From assembly GCA_964494915.1 (NCBI GenBank), contig CAZBTP010000005.1, positions 1 through 45,734 of the forward strand: 45,734 nucleotides of DNA, written 5' to 3'. The notes beneath the pieces are model-generated. The model saw only the letters and a list, made by a program, of their open reading frames with translations, did no database searches and was not told where the DNA came from. The position numbers were made by a program, and so were the translations under genes. Positions 18,281-28,431 of the stretch are shown here, piece by piece (the stretch's first letter is position 1; every line of letters begins with the position of its first letter). This stretch comes from Candidatus Woesearchaeota archaeon. GTDB taxonomy: Archaea > Nanobdellota > Nanobdellia > Pacearchaeales > GW2011-AR1.

Positions 18281-19126
18281 CTAGATTTCTTTCTGGTCTG
18301 TATTCTCTGAAAACAACTCCTCAAGAGGATTCTTCACCTTCTTTAACTGTTCATGTGAAACATGCGTATACACTTGCGTTGTACTCAACGAAGAATGCCC
18401 TAGCAAGGTTTGTATTATCCGTATATCGGTTCCCTGTTCAAGGAGGTGCGTCGCAAACGAGTGTCGGAGCGTATGGGGTGTAACCTTCTTTCCGATACTT
18501 GCCCTTTTTCTTGCTCCAGCGATAATCTTTTGAATATTCCTCGTTGTTAAAGGTTTCTCTTTTGAAAACAAATAGGTATTTTCCTTCCCACGACCATTCA
18601 AATAGTGCTGCAACTCCAGCGCAAGATCCTTAGACATCATAAACACTCGATCCTTTGCACCTTTTCCATGTCTCACCCATCCGCTTCTCTCGCTCGAGTT
18701 CAGATCACTCACTTTTAAGTTCACCAATTCAGAGACCCTCAATCCAGAAGAATACAACAGGGACATGATCAACCTAGACTTGTGAGTGTCTGCACTGTCA
18801 ATCAAGTGCTTTATCTCTTCCTTCGCTAGCACACTCGGTAGCGTCTTGTCCTTCTTTGGTATTTTAATATTTCCAAATTCTTTTTTCAAAACTTCGACAA
18901 AGAAAAACTTTAACGCAGCAGCGGCGAGCATGATTGTGTTCCGAGATTTAGAATCAAATAATTCAGATAAATATAACTTTACATCACTCTCATTCAACTG
19001 CTCAACTGGTTTATTCACTCGCCCAAGAAACTTCTGAACAAAAAACACATAGTTTCGGACAGTCAAGGGGGAAAATCCTCGCAATCTTAACTCACTCTTC
19101 AGTTGATCAAGAATTTCCATAAACAT
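18281..19126 (-). CDS. xerA: XerA/XerD-like tyrosine recombinase with N-terminal SAM-like domain
   Basis: GLRVSEL, GKGAKDR, HTLRHSFATHLL, LLGH, TTQVYTHV; no IntI-specific insertion visible. Confidence 0.88.
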   Translation of the reverse strand: MFMEILDQLKSELRLRGFSPLTVRNYVFFVQKFLGRVNKPVEQLNESDVKLYLSELFDSKSRNTIMLAAAALKFFFVEVLKKEFGNIKIPKKDKTLPSVLAKEEIKHLIDSADTHKSRLIMSLLYSSGLRVSELVNLKVSDLNSSERSGWVRHGKGAKDRVFMMSKDLALELQHYLNGRGKENTYLFSKEKPLTTRNIQKIIAGARKRASIGKKVTPHTLRHSFATHLLEQGTDIRIIQTLLGHSSLSTTQVYTHVSHEQLKKVKNPLEELFSENTDQKEI

Positions 19127-19321
19127 TCTTCCTCTTTTCCAGACGCATGATTAAATCTAAAACGAACTAGTATATAAACGATTCCACGCGCTTCCCCTGC
19201 TCCTCAGCAGCGTTTATCTTTTTTTTCGAATGAACCTTATTTCGGGATACGACACAAATTAGAAAAACAAAAAGAATATAAAGCAATAAATCCTCAAGAA
19301 GATTATAAAAAAGAGGGTGAA

Positions 19322-19501
19322 ATGGCTAAAAAGAAAAAAGATAGTTTTAAACTATTAAAAGTTGCTGGAGGCATACTTTTAATTATTGGTGGCATTTCAG
19401 GATTTTCTGCTAACATAATAAAATCAAATTTTATAGGTGTTTTAATTTCCGCAATTGCTTTCTTTGTGGGATTATGGTTAATTGGTCAGATAATAGAATA
19501 A
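19322..19501 (+). CDS. Small two-TM protein (59 aa, below ORF-track cutoff)
   Basis: MAKKKKDSFKLLKVAGGILLIIGG...LWLIGQIIE; SD GAGGGTGA upstream. Confidence 0.7.
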   Translation: MAKKKKDSFKLLKVAGGILLIIGGISGFSANIIKSNFIGVLISAIAFFVGLWLIGQIIE

Positions 19502-19502
19502 G

Positions 19503-19772
19503 ATGACAGACTTAAAGAAAAAGAATAAACTTGATTTATCATATAATAAATACTCTCAATCTTTTAACACAACTATTATTATTTTATTTACAGTCTTTAT
19601 AGCAGTTTTATTACCAGTTTTAACTAAACAAATAATAATTGGCAAGAATATTCCTTTTGTCTTTATTATTTCAACTTTTGTAATAGTCTTAATCTTTTCA
19701 ATATATTATTTGATAAAGTTTCATAATGAAATGGAAGCAATAATGAGAAAGATAGATAAATTAAAAATTTAA
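19503..19772 (+). CDS. Small two-TM protein
   Basis: 89 aa, very AT-rich, 1 bp after the previous stop. Confidence 0.65.
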   Translation: MTDLKKKNKLDLSYNKYSQSFNTTIIILFTVFIAVLLPVLTKQIIIGKNIPFVFIISTFVIVLIFSIYYLIKFHNEMEAIMRKIDKLKI

Positions 19773-19853
19773 CGCTTGCTCATGTAAATCAATCCCAACC
19801 ACTTATTCTTAACATCCTTTAAACTCTCTGCCAATTCAGGAAAAGAAAAAATC

Positions 19854-20327
19854 TTAATGTGTTTTGCAAAATTTTTCATATCCCCATGAATACTTGCATA
19901 GAATACTAAATGGGTAATTATACTGGCTAATTAAATCCGAGATTGATTCTGCTTTTTTGTCTGAAGAATATCTAACTTGCCATATCCAATTTGAGCCTTC
20001 TCCTTCAGGAGTATGCCAGTTTGAATTTTCGTGGAAAATTATCTTTAGAAAAGAATCTCTCTAATAGTAGAAATTATCTTCTATCAAAAACTTTTGATTA
20101 TACTGCTCTATTCCCCCGTTTGTTAAAAAGTTTTGATATACTACCTTACAATCTCTACAAACCATATATCCATTACCCAAATCTAAACAAAGTGGCTCTT
20201 CATAGAAGCATTGCGATTTAACTATTGCAGAATTATCGCTTTTTGCATTAACTAAAGTAGTTATAGAAAAAATCATAGCCATTAATATAACAATGCTAAA
20301 TATCTTTGCCATAGTGTTTAGGGTCAA
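19854..20327 (-). pseudogene. Secreted Cys-containing protein interrupted by in-frame TAG at 20061-20063
   Basis: Signal peptide; frame stays open 68 codons beyond the TAG (RDSFLKIIFHENSNW...CKYSWGYEKFCKTH*). Confidence 0.55.
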
Positions 20328-20449
20328 AACGACTATATAAACATTATCGCAATAAAAATATGCTTTATTTTTTGGGGTGAAAACACCCGTAATTCGGGGA
20401 AAGATTTATATATTCGAAAGTTTATTATATAGCACGAAGAGGAGATGAG

Positions 20450-23400
20450 GTGATAAAACTGGATACAACCTTTACAAGGTTAATCTACGTTGGTGTTGGT
20501 ATTTTCTTAGCGATTGTTTTTATAGAACTTGGTCTCAGTGCCACGTGTTGGCAATATACAAGTTCGAATAATGCAAGTTGTACTGCAGCGAACGGTTGCA
20601 TCTGGCGGGCTGATGCTTGGGGTGGATGGTGTTCTGAGTTGAATTGCTGGAGCCTCAACACGCAAAATGCATGTGCAACAACAAGCGTCCCGGGAAAAAA
20701 TTGTACTTGGCAACCAGGTACAACAAATTATTTCTGTGAAGATATAAACTGTTGGAGTTTTTCTGGAACAAATCAGAATGCATGTGAGAGTAATATTGCA
20801 AACAAGTCATGTACATGGGCAAATAATTGTTATAGTACTGGAACAATGGCTGGCTGCAGCGCGTACACAACACAGGCAACATGCACAAATGCGACGGGGT
20901 GTGCATGGGGATTATGTCAAGAGAAGGGCTGCTATGATTATACAACCTCTGCAACCTGTGGCGCGGCGAGAGACTGGAATGGAAGAAATTGTACTTGGAG
21001 TAGTAGTGATAGTAAGTGTAATTATAACAGCTGCTGGAGCACAAAACTCTATCCGAATGAAACTGCGTGTAATGCAGCACAGGGCGTAAAGTGTCAATGG
21101 AAGTGGAATGCCTGCCAAGATGTAGGATGCTGGACTTACGATTTTACGAATGAGACCGCTTGTGTAAATAATACCGCAGGACTTGGGTGTACCTGGACAT
21201 CAGGAAGTTATTGTAGCACAGCCGGTTGTTGGGCCGAAAATACGAATGCGACATGTTCTGCAAAGCCAGGATGTCAATGGAAAGGCTGGACAAGTTCAGG
21301 TTGGTGTAATGAAGTTCAGTGTAGCAATTTCGGATCAATTGGGGGAAGTAATGTATCATTAAATACCACAGGGAATCGGAGTTTGTGTGAATCTAATACC
21401 TATGGTCTAGGTTGTAAGTGGAATGGGGATCCGCCAGGCAATTTAACGAGCGGTTGGTGTTATCAAGAGGTAAGTTCAAAGGCATGCGCGAACTTTACTA
21501 CTGAGCGTAATTGCGTTGATACGCACTATTGTTGGTGGACATTTACAAATACGGCAGATCAAGCAGCCGGAGGAACCTGTAGCGAACCAAGTTGGGGAAC
21601 AGGAGCCTACCAAAACATTTCCTCTATTTCAAATGATTGGAACCCGGGATGCTATCTTTTTGACCTCAATTCAACAAAATGTAATAATGTGCTTGGTTGT
21701 AATTACACAGGCGGAATCTGCAATAAAGTAAGCGCGGGAACCTTTTCTGAATATGGAACAAACATAACTAAGGATGGCATCAAATGTTCCTACATTAACG
21801 ATTCTGCGCTCTGTAACAATATAGCCGCCTTATCAAACTGTTGTGCCTGGCAGAATAGTAGTTGTGTCAACAATCGCTATACGACATCGTGTTTTGATCA
21901 ACTTAAACAGACACCAAACGGAGAAGAAGCATGTGAAGATGCAGAGACAAAAGGAGACTGTGACACGATTGCAGCAGATCCGTGGTATATGCCATGTACG
22001 TGGAATAATGTTAGTGATCGATGTTCATTTAAGGCTACGTCGGTATTTGGCAATACAACCCAAAGTTTGATTAAATTAGAGAACGAGCGTAATTGTGAAG
22101 CGGCTGGCGGCAAATGGATTACTGAGAATTATTGTGTAGGAAATATCTCAGTGCCGACAGGACGATGCGAGTACAAGTTTAATGACGAAGATGATTGTGA
22201 CAAAGCCTGTTTCGCATGTGAGTTAAAAGACGGTAATGGCAACAAGGTGAATGCAACAAATGCGCGAAGCGCTTGTGTTGACTCTTTGTTAGGATTCTGT
22301 GAGTTTACTGTTAATACGCGCGCGCCCAATGGAATAGGATATTGTAAGGCAAAGGAGACATGGAGAACAGGAACAGCAGGCGATTGTAATACGAATTGTG
22401 GTGATTGTACATACAAAGGAGATCCATCGAATAATGATACAACAAGACGACCAAGTTACTATTGTACACAGAGTGACGCAAACAAAGATGGAGGGGGATG
22501 TAAATGGATTAGTGATAATAGTACAACACAAGGAGGATATTGTGCCAAGAAAGGTGAGAAGACGTGCGAGGATGCATGCGATCGATGTAAGGCACAGAGC
22601 GAATGTGCAAGCCTCGGACGAAAGGCTATTGCAAATCAAACAGGAAGTTGTAAGTGGCAGGGAACAACGAACGATGGCAGCTGTGTTGCAAATACGGGAG
22701 AAGAAGTAGAGATCTGTTGGAATGGGGGGGATGATGATGACGATGGATTAATTGATTGTAGCGATCCTGGATGTTATGTAGATTCGTACTGCGGACTCGT
22801 CTCAGGAGATTGTTTTGGATGGAAGAATAATAATACCTGCCTCTCAAATAGTTGCGAGTGGGTTGTCGATAAGTGGGGAAGCTGGTGTGATTTTAAGGGA
22901 GGGCAGTGCTGGAAGTACGACCGAAATGAGAGTGAGTGTGCTGGACAAACAAATTGTGTTTGGAACAATGGAACAGGAAGTGGATGGTGTGAGCGAGACT
23001 GGGATATTGCTGAAACATGCATGGGAAACAACAGAACACTATGTAATGCCGACACAAATTGTGTCTTTACTAATGATACTTGGTGCGATGGGTTTGGAAA
23101 GGGTGGTGATTGGTGTAATACAATGGGCGGATGGTGCGATCATAAAGACTTTGCTCCAAAGAATTGCTGGCAGAAATCCAATAATGCAACCTGTAGCACG
23201 ACCACAGGATGCAACTGGAAAGTTGATCAGTGGAGTAAGCAACATTGTGAAGTAAACTGGAGCGCGAATTGCTGGCAGTACGTAAATTCGACAAACTGTG
23301 CTACCTCGTCATTGTGTATGTGGAGAAATGAGACTTATGGGGCTTATAACTCTGCATGGTGCGATAGCATTATGGGCGAGTGTTGGAGTGTATCAACCCA

Positions 23401-26179
23401 GAGTGCATGTAGTGCAAAAGGAACGAAATGCTCATGGAGAAATGAATCTTGGGGGGGTTACTGTCAGCCTGCCTGCTTCAATACAACACTTGATTCCTCA
23501 GCGAGCGAGTGTGGCGCTGTTTCGAGTTGTGTCTGGAAAGCTGAGAATGGATGGTGCGAAGAGTCTGCAATGACCGCATGTGCAAACTCAACGAGTACAA
23601 ATAATCAAACATTGTGTGACGCAACAAGCGGCTGTCAATGGAATAATCCTGGATGGTGTAATCCAAAGGGAGGATTTACCTGTGGATCAACCTCTGGTGG
23701 AGGGGGAGTTAGCGCCTCTGCAGGGGGTGATTGTTACAAGTACGATGGCAATGAAACATTATGTACAAACAAAACAATCATTAATACGAGCTGTGGTTGG
23801 ATTGTGAATTCTCAGCCTACATGTCAAATTGACTGGAGTAAGGATTGTTGGAAGTATACAAGTGTCGTAGGAGGATGCAACTCAACAAATGGATGTTGGT
23901 TTAAGAATGATTCAATCGGTTCATACTGCACAAATGTCATGGATCAGTGCTGGTTAAATACGACCCTTATTGCTAATGCGACAGCGTGCAACCAAAACGC
24001 CTACTGTAATTCAACACTTTACGGATGTGAATCGACCTGTTATTCAGCACCATCACAGACACAAAGTGCATGTGTTGGAGTAGCTGGTTGTCGGTGGAAT
24101 AGTGGATGGTGTAATCCATCTTCGGTAAGTCAACTTTTTGATACAATGGAGGCAGGAGCGCCAGTACCTTTGGGAGGTGATCCGTGTGGGCCTCTTGGCG
24201 GAGTAAACGAGCCAGCGCAACAATCTGTCGATATTTGCGGATTCGGTATGAAAGACATGGGCGATGCATACGGCTTCGGTGCGAATATGTATGACTTTGG
24301 TAATGCGTCGGTGTGCAATAAAGAAAAGATCTCTTCCTTTGTAGTTGGTCTTGTAGGAGGGGCGTTTAACACTTCTGCTGCAACTGAGAAAGTAGGAGCA
24401 GGCAATGATACAGTAATATTGTTGGTCTATCTTGACACTGATGGAAAATCAACAGGCGGATGTGAACTCAGTCATAATAGTTCTGCTGAAGGTTACGAAT
24501 TTAGGTTTAAGTATGCATCAATTTGGAATGTAAGCACCAACAAACCCCTAGAAACATTTAACGCATACAAGTGCGACAATTCGAAATGGACTGCAACAGA
24601 TGTAAAGTTAAGTACATGGAAGAAATCAATGTGCTCTGAGATTGGTGGTCCGCTTATTGCAGTTGAGAAAGCAGATCTTGCACGATTCCCAACGCTCTAC
24701 GATGCAACAAAAGACATGAGGGTCTCTATAGCAACAATAGGACATATATCAGGAAATGTAACCGACCCATCAGACAGGGCTGGACCGAGTTGGGTAACAC
24801 CGGGGTCTGTTGATTTTGAGATTACTGATGTGTTCTCCTATAATGCTGATGCCGCAAAGTTCGAAGATATCCTTAGACAAGGATTTGTGAAGTACGAAGA
24901 TTGTTTCAATAGTTTAGATGATGATAGTGATGAAAGTATTGACTGTAACGATTGGGACTGTCAGTATGCTTCAGTATGTAGCGGGAAGGGTGTTAATTCA
25001 ACTGGCTTTAATGACACGACCACGGCCCGCGTAGTAGGGGTAAAGATCGAGGAGTATCCAGATGCTGCGTTACTCATGTATGACACGGACAAACCAACAA
25101 ACGGCACACTTGAATTTTACAAGAATGACTCCCGTTGTCTAAAATTGAATGACACGATACATGATATGGGTATAACAAGTGCAAATGTACGCGACTATAA
25201 ACTCTGGCACATCGCGGAGATCTATAATGGGAGTGTAACTAATAATCTTGAGTATCCATTGATTAACGATACTACCTACTACTATAAGCTCCGTGTATGT
25301 GATGCTAGCAACAAATGCGCACTGAGTAAGTGTAGCTCATTTACCACATCCTCGACAGCGAAGTGTGGCTATTGTAATTTCGTTGCGCGATTAAAGGTCT
25401 CAACTGGATGGAACGTTTCATATGACTTTGAAAGAGACGGAACATACGAAACTGCTCAAGGAGAGCAGTGTGGCGTGACAGCGGGTGTAAAGGGCAATTA
25501 CACGACAGGGAGAAGGGTAAATATCAAGATGGAAAAAACAGATAAAACGATTTACTTTGAATTCCTTAATGCAAGCCTCACAAAGACAGGATTGAATGAT
25601 AAAGTACGTTCAATTAGTGATAGTGGTGCTGTTATCGGAACCTCGACACTTGTTGGACTTTCATCAGAAACGCGGGATAAGATTATTAATAGTTTACACC
25701 CTGAGGCATGTAGAATTAAAATTCCATTCAGTGAGACGTGTAACGCACTCTTCCATTGCGATGATAGTGGCGCAAACTGTGTTGATAGAACCTCCTCTGC
25801 AACACTGATTGATGCAGTAAACTGTGTCTGGCAGATTCCAGACTGTGAGTTCTCAACCTATCGAGAATCAACCTCAAGTGGAAGCAGTGGAGGATCAAGT
25901 AGTTCAGGCGGTGGTGGAGGATCTGGCGGAGTGTCAAAGAAGAAGACAGCTAACGCCACTCAAACTGGGGAGGGCTACACAGCCCCAGGAGAAACTCAAC
26001 AACAAGAAACGAGTGGAGGTACAGCAGAAGGAGATCGAGGAGTTCCCCAATTCTTGCCAGAAGAAAGAGAGGGAAAATCCAGTGTATTCTTCTGGGCAGT
26101 TATAACGCTCATACTCGTCGCTGTTGGCGTTGCTATCGTATACATCAAGAGGTCTTCTAGAGTACGAAAATTTAGGTAA
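20450..26179 (+). CDS. Giant Cys/Trp-repeat membrane-anchored surface glycoprotein (1,909 aa)
   Basis: Signal peptide, many C-W..C..CxW..C repeats, two D-rich DCxD loops, Ser/Gly linker, C-terminal TM plus basic tail, many NxS/T sequons; SD GAGGTG at start. Confidence 0.9.
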   Translation: MIKLDTTFTRLIYVGVGIFLAIVFIELGLSATCWQYTSSNNASCTAANGCIWRADAWGGWCSELNCWSLNTQNACATTSVPGKNCTWQPGTTNYFCEDINCWSFSGTNQNACESNIANKSCTWANNCYSTGTMAGCSAYTTQATCTNATGCAWGLCQEKGCYDYTTSATCGAARDWNGRNCTWSSSDSKCNYNSCWSTKLYPNETACNAAQGVKCQWKWNACQDVGCWTYDFTNETACVNNTAGLGCTWTSGSYCSTAGCWAENTNATCSAKPGCQWKGWTSSGWCNEVQCSNFGSIGGSNVSLNTTGNRSLCESNTYGLGCKWNGDPPGNLTSGWCYQEVSSKACANFTTERNCVDTHYCWWTFTNTADQAAGGTCSEPSWGTGAYQNISSISNDWNPGCYLFDLNSTKCNNVLGCNYTGGICNKVSAGTFSEYGTNITKDGIKCSYINDSALCNNIAALSNCCAWQNSSCVNNRYTTSCFDQLKQTPNGEEACEDAETKGDCDTIAADPWYMPCTWNNVSDRCSFKATSVFGNTTQSLIKLENERNCEAAGGKWITENYCVGNISVPTGRCEYKFNDEDDCDKACFACELKDGNGNKVNATNARSACVDSLLGFCEFTVNTRAPNGIGYCKAKETWRTGTAGDCNTNCGDCTYKGDPSNNDTTRRPSYYCTQSDANKDGGGCKWISDNSTTQGGYCAKKGEKTCEDACDRCKAQSECASLGRKAIANQTGSCKWQGTTNDGSCVANTGEEVEICWNGGDDDDDGLIDCSDPGCYVDSYCGLVSGDCFGWKNNNTCLSNSCEWVVDKWGSWCDFKGGQCWKYDRNESECAGQTNCVWNNGTGSGWCERDWDIAETCMGNNRTLCNADTNCVFTNDTWCDGFGKGGDWCNTMGGWCDHKDFAPKNCWQKSNNATCSTTTGCNWKVDQWSKQHCEVNWSANCWQYVNSTNCATSSLCMWRNETYGAYNSAWCDSIMGECWSVSTQSACSAKGTKCSWRNESWGGYCQPACFNTTLDSSASECGAVSSCVWKAENGWCEESAMTACANSTSTNNQTLCDATSGCQWNNPGWCNPKGGFTCGSTSGGGGVSASAGGDCYKYDGNETLCTNKTIINTSCGWIVNSQPTCQIDWSKDCWKYTSVVGGCNSTNGCWFKNDSIGSYCTNVMDQCWLNTTLIANATACNQNAYCNSTLYGCESTCYSAPSQTQSACVGVAGCRWNSGWCNPSSVSQLFDTMEAGAPVPLGGDPCGPLGGVNEPAQQSVDICGFGMKDMGDAYGFGANMYDFGNASVCNKEKISSFVVGLVGGAFNTSAATEKVGAGNDTVILLVYLDTDGKSTGGCELSHNSSAEGYEFRFKYASIWNVSTNKPLETFNAYKCDNSKWTATDVKLSTWKKSMCSEIGGPLIAVEKADLARFPTLYDATKDMRVSIATIGHISGNVTDPSDRAGPSWVTPGSVDFEITDVFSYNADAAKFEDILRQGFVKYEDCFNSLDDDSDESIDCNDWDCQYASVCSGKGVNSTGFNDTTTARVVGVKIEEYPDAALLMYDTDKPTNGTLEFYKNDSRCLKLNDTIHDMGITSANVRDYKLWHIAEIYNGSVTNNLEYPLINDTTYYYKLRVCDASNKCALSKCSSFTTSSTAKCGYCNFVARLKVSTGWNVSYDFERDGTYETAQGEQCGVTAGVKGNYTTGRRVNIKMEKTDKTIYFEFLNASLTKTGLNDKVRSISDSGAVIGTSTLVGLSSETRDKIINSLHPEACRIKIPFSETCNALFHCDDSGANCVDRTSSATLIDAVNCVWQIPDCEFSTYRESTSSGSSGGSSSSGGGGGSGGVSKKKTANATQTGEGYTAPGETQQQETSGGTAEGDRGVPQFLPEEREGKSSVFFWAVITLILVAVGVAIVYIKRSSRVRKFR

Positions 26180-26183
26180 AGAA

Positions 26184-26402
26184 ATGGAAAGGGGGAGATT
26201 ACTCAAGTGGGTTATCATTATAATCCTTGTAATAATTCTTGTTATTGGTCTTATACTTGGTGGTAAAACAATCAAAGAAAAACGCGAACAGAAAAAGGCA
26301 GCTCTACGTGTTACCATTGTGAATAAATCAACGCAGCTCCCTCCCGAGAGCCAAAATTCCATTCTTAGCGCTATCCAAGAAGGCTATGCTCTATCTCGAT
26401 AA
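26184..26402 (+). CDS. Small single-TM protein
   Basis: MERGRLLKWVIIIILVIILVIGLILGG; start at 26184. Confidence 0.6.
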   Translation: MERGRLLKWVIIIILVIILVIGLILGGKTIKEKREQKKAALRVTIVNKSTQLPPESQNSILSAIQEGYALSR

Positions 26403-26433
26403 ATTTTATAAACACCCCTTCCATTGAAATATC

Positions 26434-26592
26434 ATGGTAAATCAGAAACTAAAAATGGCAGTAATCTCTGGTGCTTCTCATGCTCTCAAGTACAAGGAGA
26501 AAAATCCACGTGCAGGAGACAGTGAGATAATACAACATATCACGCGCGAGGTAGATTCTATTCTCCAAAATTTCGAAGAGGAAAACGAATAG
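26434..26592 (+). CDS. Small hypothetical protein (52 aa, below ORF-track cutoff)
   Basis: MVNQKLKMAVISGASHALKYKEKNPRAGDSEIIQHITREVDSILQNFEEENE; TATA TTTATAAA about 25 nt upstream. Confidence 0.65.
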   Translation: MVNQKLKMAVISGASHALKYKEKNPRAGDSEIIQHITREVDSILQNFEEENE

Positions 26593-26640
26593 GTTGGCCA
26601 AACAAAAATATTTATAACCTCTCGTTCTTCCTTTCTTAGA

Positions 26641-26803
26641 GCGGGGATTCCGGAGTGGTCAAACGGGCAGGACTTAAGATGTCAATCGTTCCAACAAGAA
26701 TGATCAAAGCTCAGGATCCATTGAACTTAGAACCTTACTGCAAGGTTGTAGAAGAAATCCTGTGTGCTTAGTGCCTTCGGAGGTTCGAATCCTCCTCCCC
26801 GCA
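26641..26803 (+). tRNA. tRNA-Leu(UAA) with 78-nt intron at 37/38 (intron 26679-26756)
   Basis: GCGGGGA/TCCCCGC acceptor stem; CAGGA-CTTAAG | A-TCCTG anticodon arm split by the insert; GGTTCGAATCC T-arm; relaxed BHB; TATA upstream. Confidence 0.93.
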
Positions 26804-27088
26804 TCAATCTATTATCCCATCGTAGGTTATTCTATTTCTAAAATATCTTAATTTATTAGCAAACTGTACTTCGCTATCTGAGAAGTTCAATTTTCTAAGA
26901 TAGGAAACTTCTCCCTCATGTGCTCCATGACCCGAAGTCTAGTATTAGGTCATAGGAATTTTTTATAAGGTGATTAGCATTTGTTTCGATTATCCCAATT
27001 TTATCAACTGCTTCAATTAAAGAGGCATAAGATTTTTCTGTCTCTTTTATCAAAGAGTCTGTTCTTAACTTATATTATTTCTGTTGAA
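26804..27088 (-). pseudogene. HEPN-like gene remnant
   Basis: Frameshifted pieces ...NANHLIK/NSYDLIL/SGHGAHEGEVSYLRK...LRYFRNRITYDG. Confidence 0.55.
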
Positions 27089-27121
27089 AGAAGTCCTGGA
27101 GAGTCGTTATAGAATGCCGAA

Positions 27122-27619
27122 TCAAACTTCCCGAATTCCAAGCACAGAGGTAAAATTGTCTCTTTGTAATGGAGGATCAAAACAATAATAGTCAAAATGT
27201 TCTCGAGTAACTCGAAATCGAGAAAGAACTAACTCTTTCGCGTTAGAAAGAAAAATAAAATCGTCCGCATCTCTAACCCTATCTCGCTTATACTCTTCAT
27301 ACTCAACAACTAGTTTACCATGAAGCAGAGCATCCTCAAATAATTTTATATAATAGGAACGATTTTTTCTACCACTCTGAAATAATCTCTTCGCCTCTTT
27401 TATACTCGCTCTCGAAGGAACCCAAAACAGATTTACATTAGGAAGACTGCCGCGAAATAAATCATAAAGTTCCCTTCCAGAATCTACTCGTGTTGGATTC
27501 ACGATTCGTACATACTGTCGAGGATATTCTGTTTCACAAACACGAGACCCAACATGGGACGCAATTCTATTATACTCTGCTCTGTCTATATACTCAACCT
27601 CGATTGAGATATTACGCAT
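27122..27619 (-). CDS. Hypothetical protein
   Basis: 165-aa ORF, TATA-like upstream. Confidence 0.6.
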   Translation of the reverse strand: MRNISIEVEYIDRAEYNRIASHVGSRVCETEYPRQYVRIVNPTRVDSGRELYDLFRGSLPNVNLFWVPSRASIKEAKRLFQSGRKNRSYYIKLFEDALLHGKLVVEYEEYKRDRVRDADDFIFLSNAKELVLSRFRVTREHFDYYCFDPPLQRDNFTSVLGIREV

Positions 27620-27692
27620 ATCATAGATAATACGAATAGATATTTAAGAATTGTCATGTCTAGCAAACTAAATTTTCTTATATAAAGTATAA

Positions 27693-27968
27693 TCATTCTC
27701 CTTTTTTATGATTATTAGACATTTCATTCATTAACTTAATGTATCCATAGAGCATGTTTGATGCTCCTGCATGAAACATTTCCTCTGCCAGCTCTTTTTT
27801 ACTCAAGTCTCTAAGTTGATTTTTAAAATCATTCCAGAGCTTTGGGAATACTTCTTTGGCTAATGAATCTGCTGTCCTCATTGAGAGAGCATAAAGGTGT
27901 TCTTCATCTCTATCATCGTGCTTAATACCACAATCAGAACAAATATCTTTATCATTCTCTTCCATCAA
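27693..27968 (-). CDS. Hypothetical protein with one CxxC
   Basis: 91 aa, CSDC. Confidence 0.6.
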   Translation of the reverse strand: MMEENDKDICSDCGIKHDDRDEEHLYALSMRTADSLAKEVFPKLWNDFKNQLRDLSKKELAEEMFHAGASNMLYGYIKLMNEMSNNHKKGE

Positions 27969-28053
27969 GTATTATGCAAGAGGGGGATAAAAAACCTTTC
28001 TATTCAATCAAACAGATCTTCCAGGAGCATTGGAATGATTATCTAAAGCCTAA

Positions 28054-28431
28054 TTAAACAGCAACTACCATTTCTGATTCTGGCAGTTTCTCATCATTTC
28101 TTTGAATAATTATTGGGTTTTTCTCAATTAATTGGTTTCTTACAGAGACTTGGAAGTTTAATCTAATTTCTATTGACTCTTCATCTATATATGCTTGAAA
28201 TGTCCATTTGGGCACAGCACTCAAAGCAGATTTATCCATTCTTAAGAATTTTGAGGCATCAAATATTTGAATTCCCGTTATAAAGTTTTCAGAGTCTATA
28301 TCAATAACCATATTTTCGAATTCTAATGATCTATCATATTCTCTCTCTTTTACCTTGAAGAAGAGAATATCATTTAGATAATCGTAATCCATTTCTCCTT
28401 CTCCTGTTAAATGTCTGTTTGCTTGTTTCAT
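28054..28431 (-). CDS. DUF2283-family protein (putative antitoxin)
   Basis: DYDYLNDILFF...VIDID....TGIQIFDASK. Confidence 0.8.
   Translation of the reverse strand: MKQANRHLTGEGEMDYDYLNDILFFKVKEREYDRSLEFENMVIDIDSENFITGIQIFDASKFLRMDKSALSAVPKWTFQAYIDEESIEIRLNFQVSVRNQLIEKNPIIIQRNDEKLPESEMVVAV

Noticed and set aside
18281-19126. Bona fide integron integrase IntI
   Set aside because: The segment between GKGAKDR and HTLRH is short and lacks the IntI-specific insertion; no recognisable attI or attC array is adjacent.
8671-20327. Genome-wide amber (TAG) reassignment suggested by two read-through-like ORFs
   Set aside because: TAG terminates conserved genes at their expected ends (rps9, leuS, dsbA), so nonsense mutation is more parsimonious.
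20507-26362. Numerous alternative-frame and antisense ORFs within the giant Cys-rich gene (and similar ones over r-protein genes, leuS, tRNA-Leu and IS110)
   Set aside because: Shadow ORFs with no motifs, overlapping well-supported features.
26679-26756. Box C/D guide RNA inside the tRNA intron
   Set aside because: Only a partial C-box-like ATGATCA and no CTGA D box.
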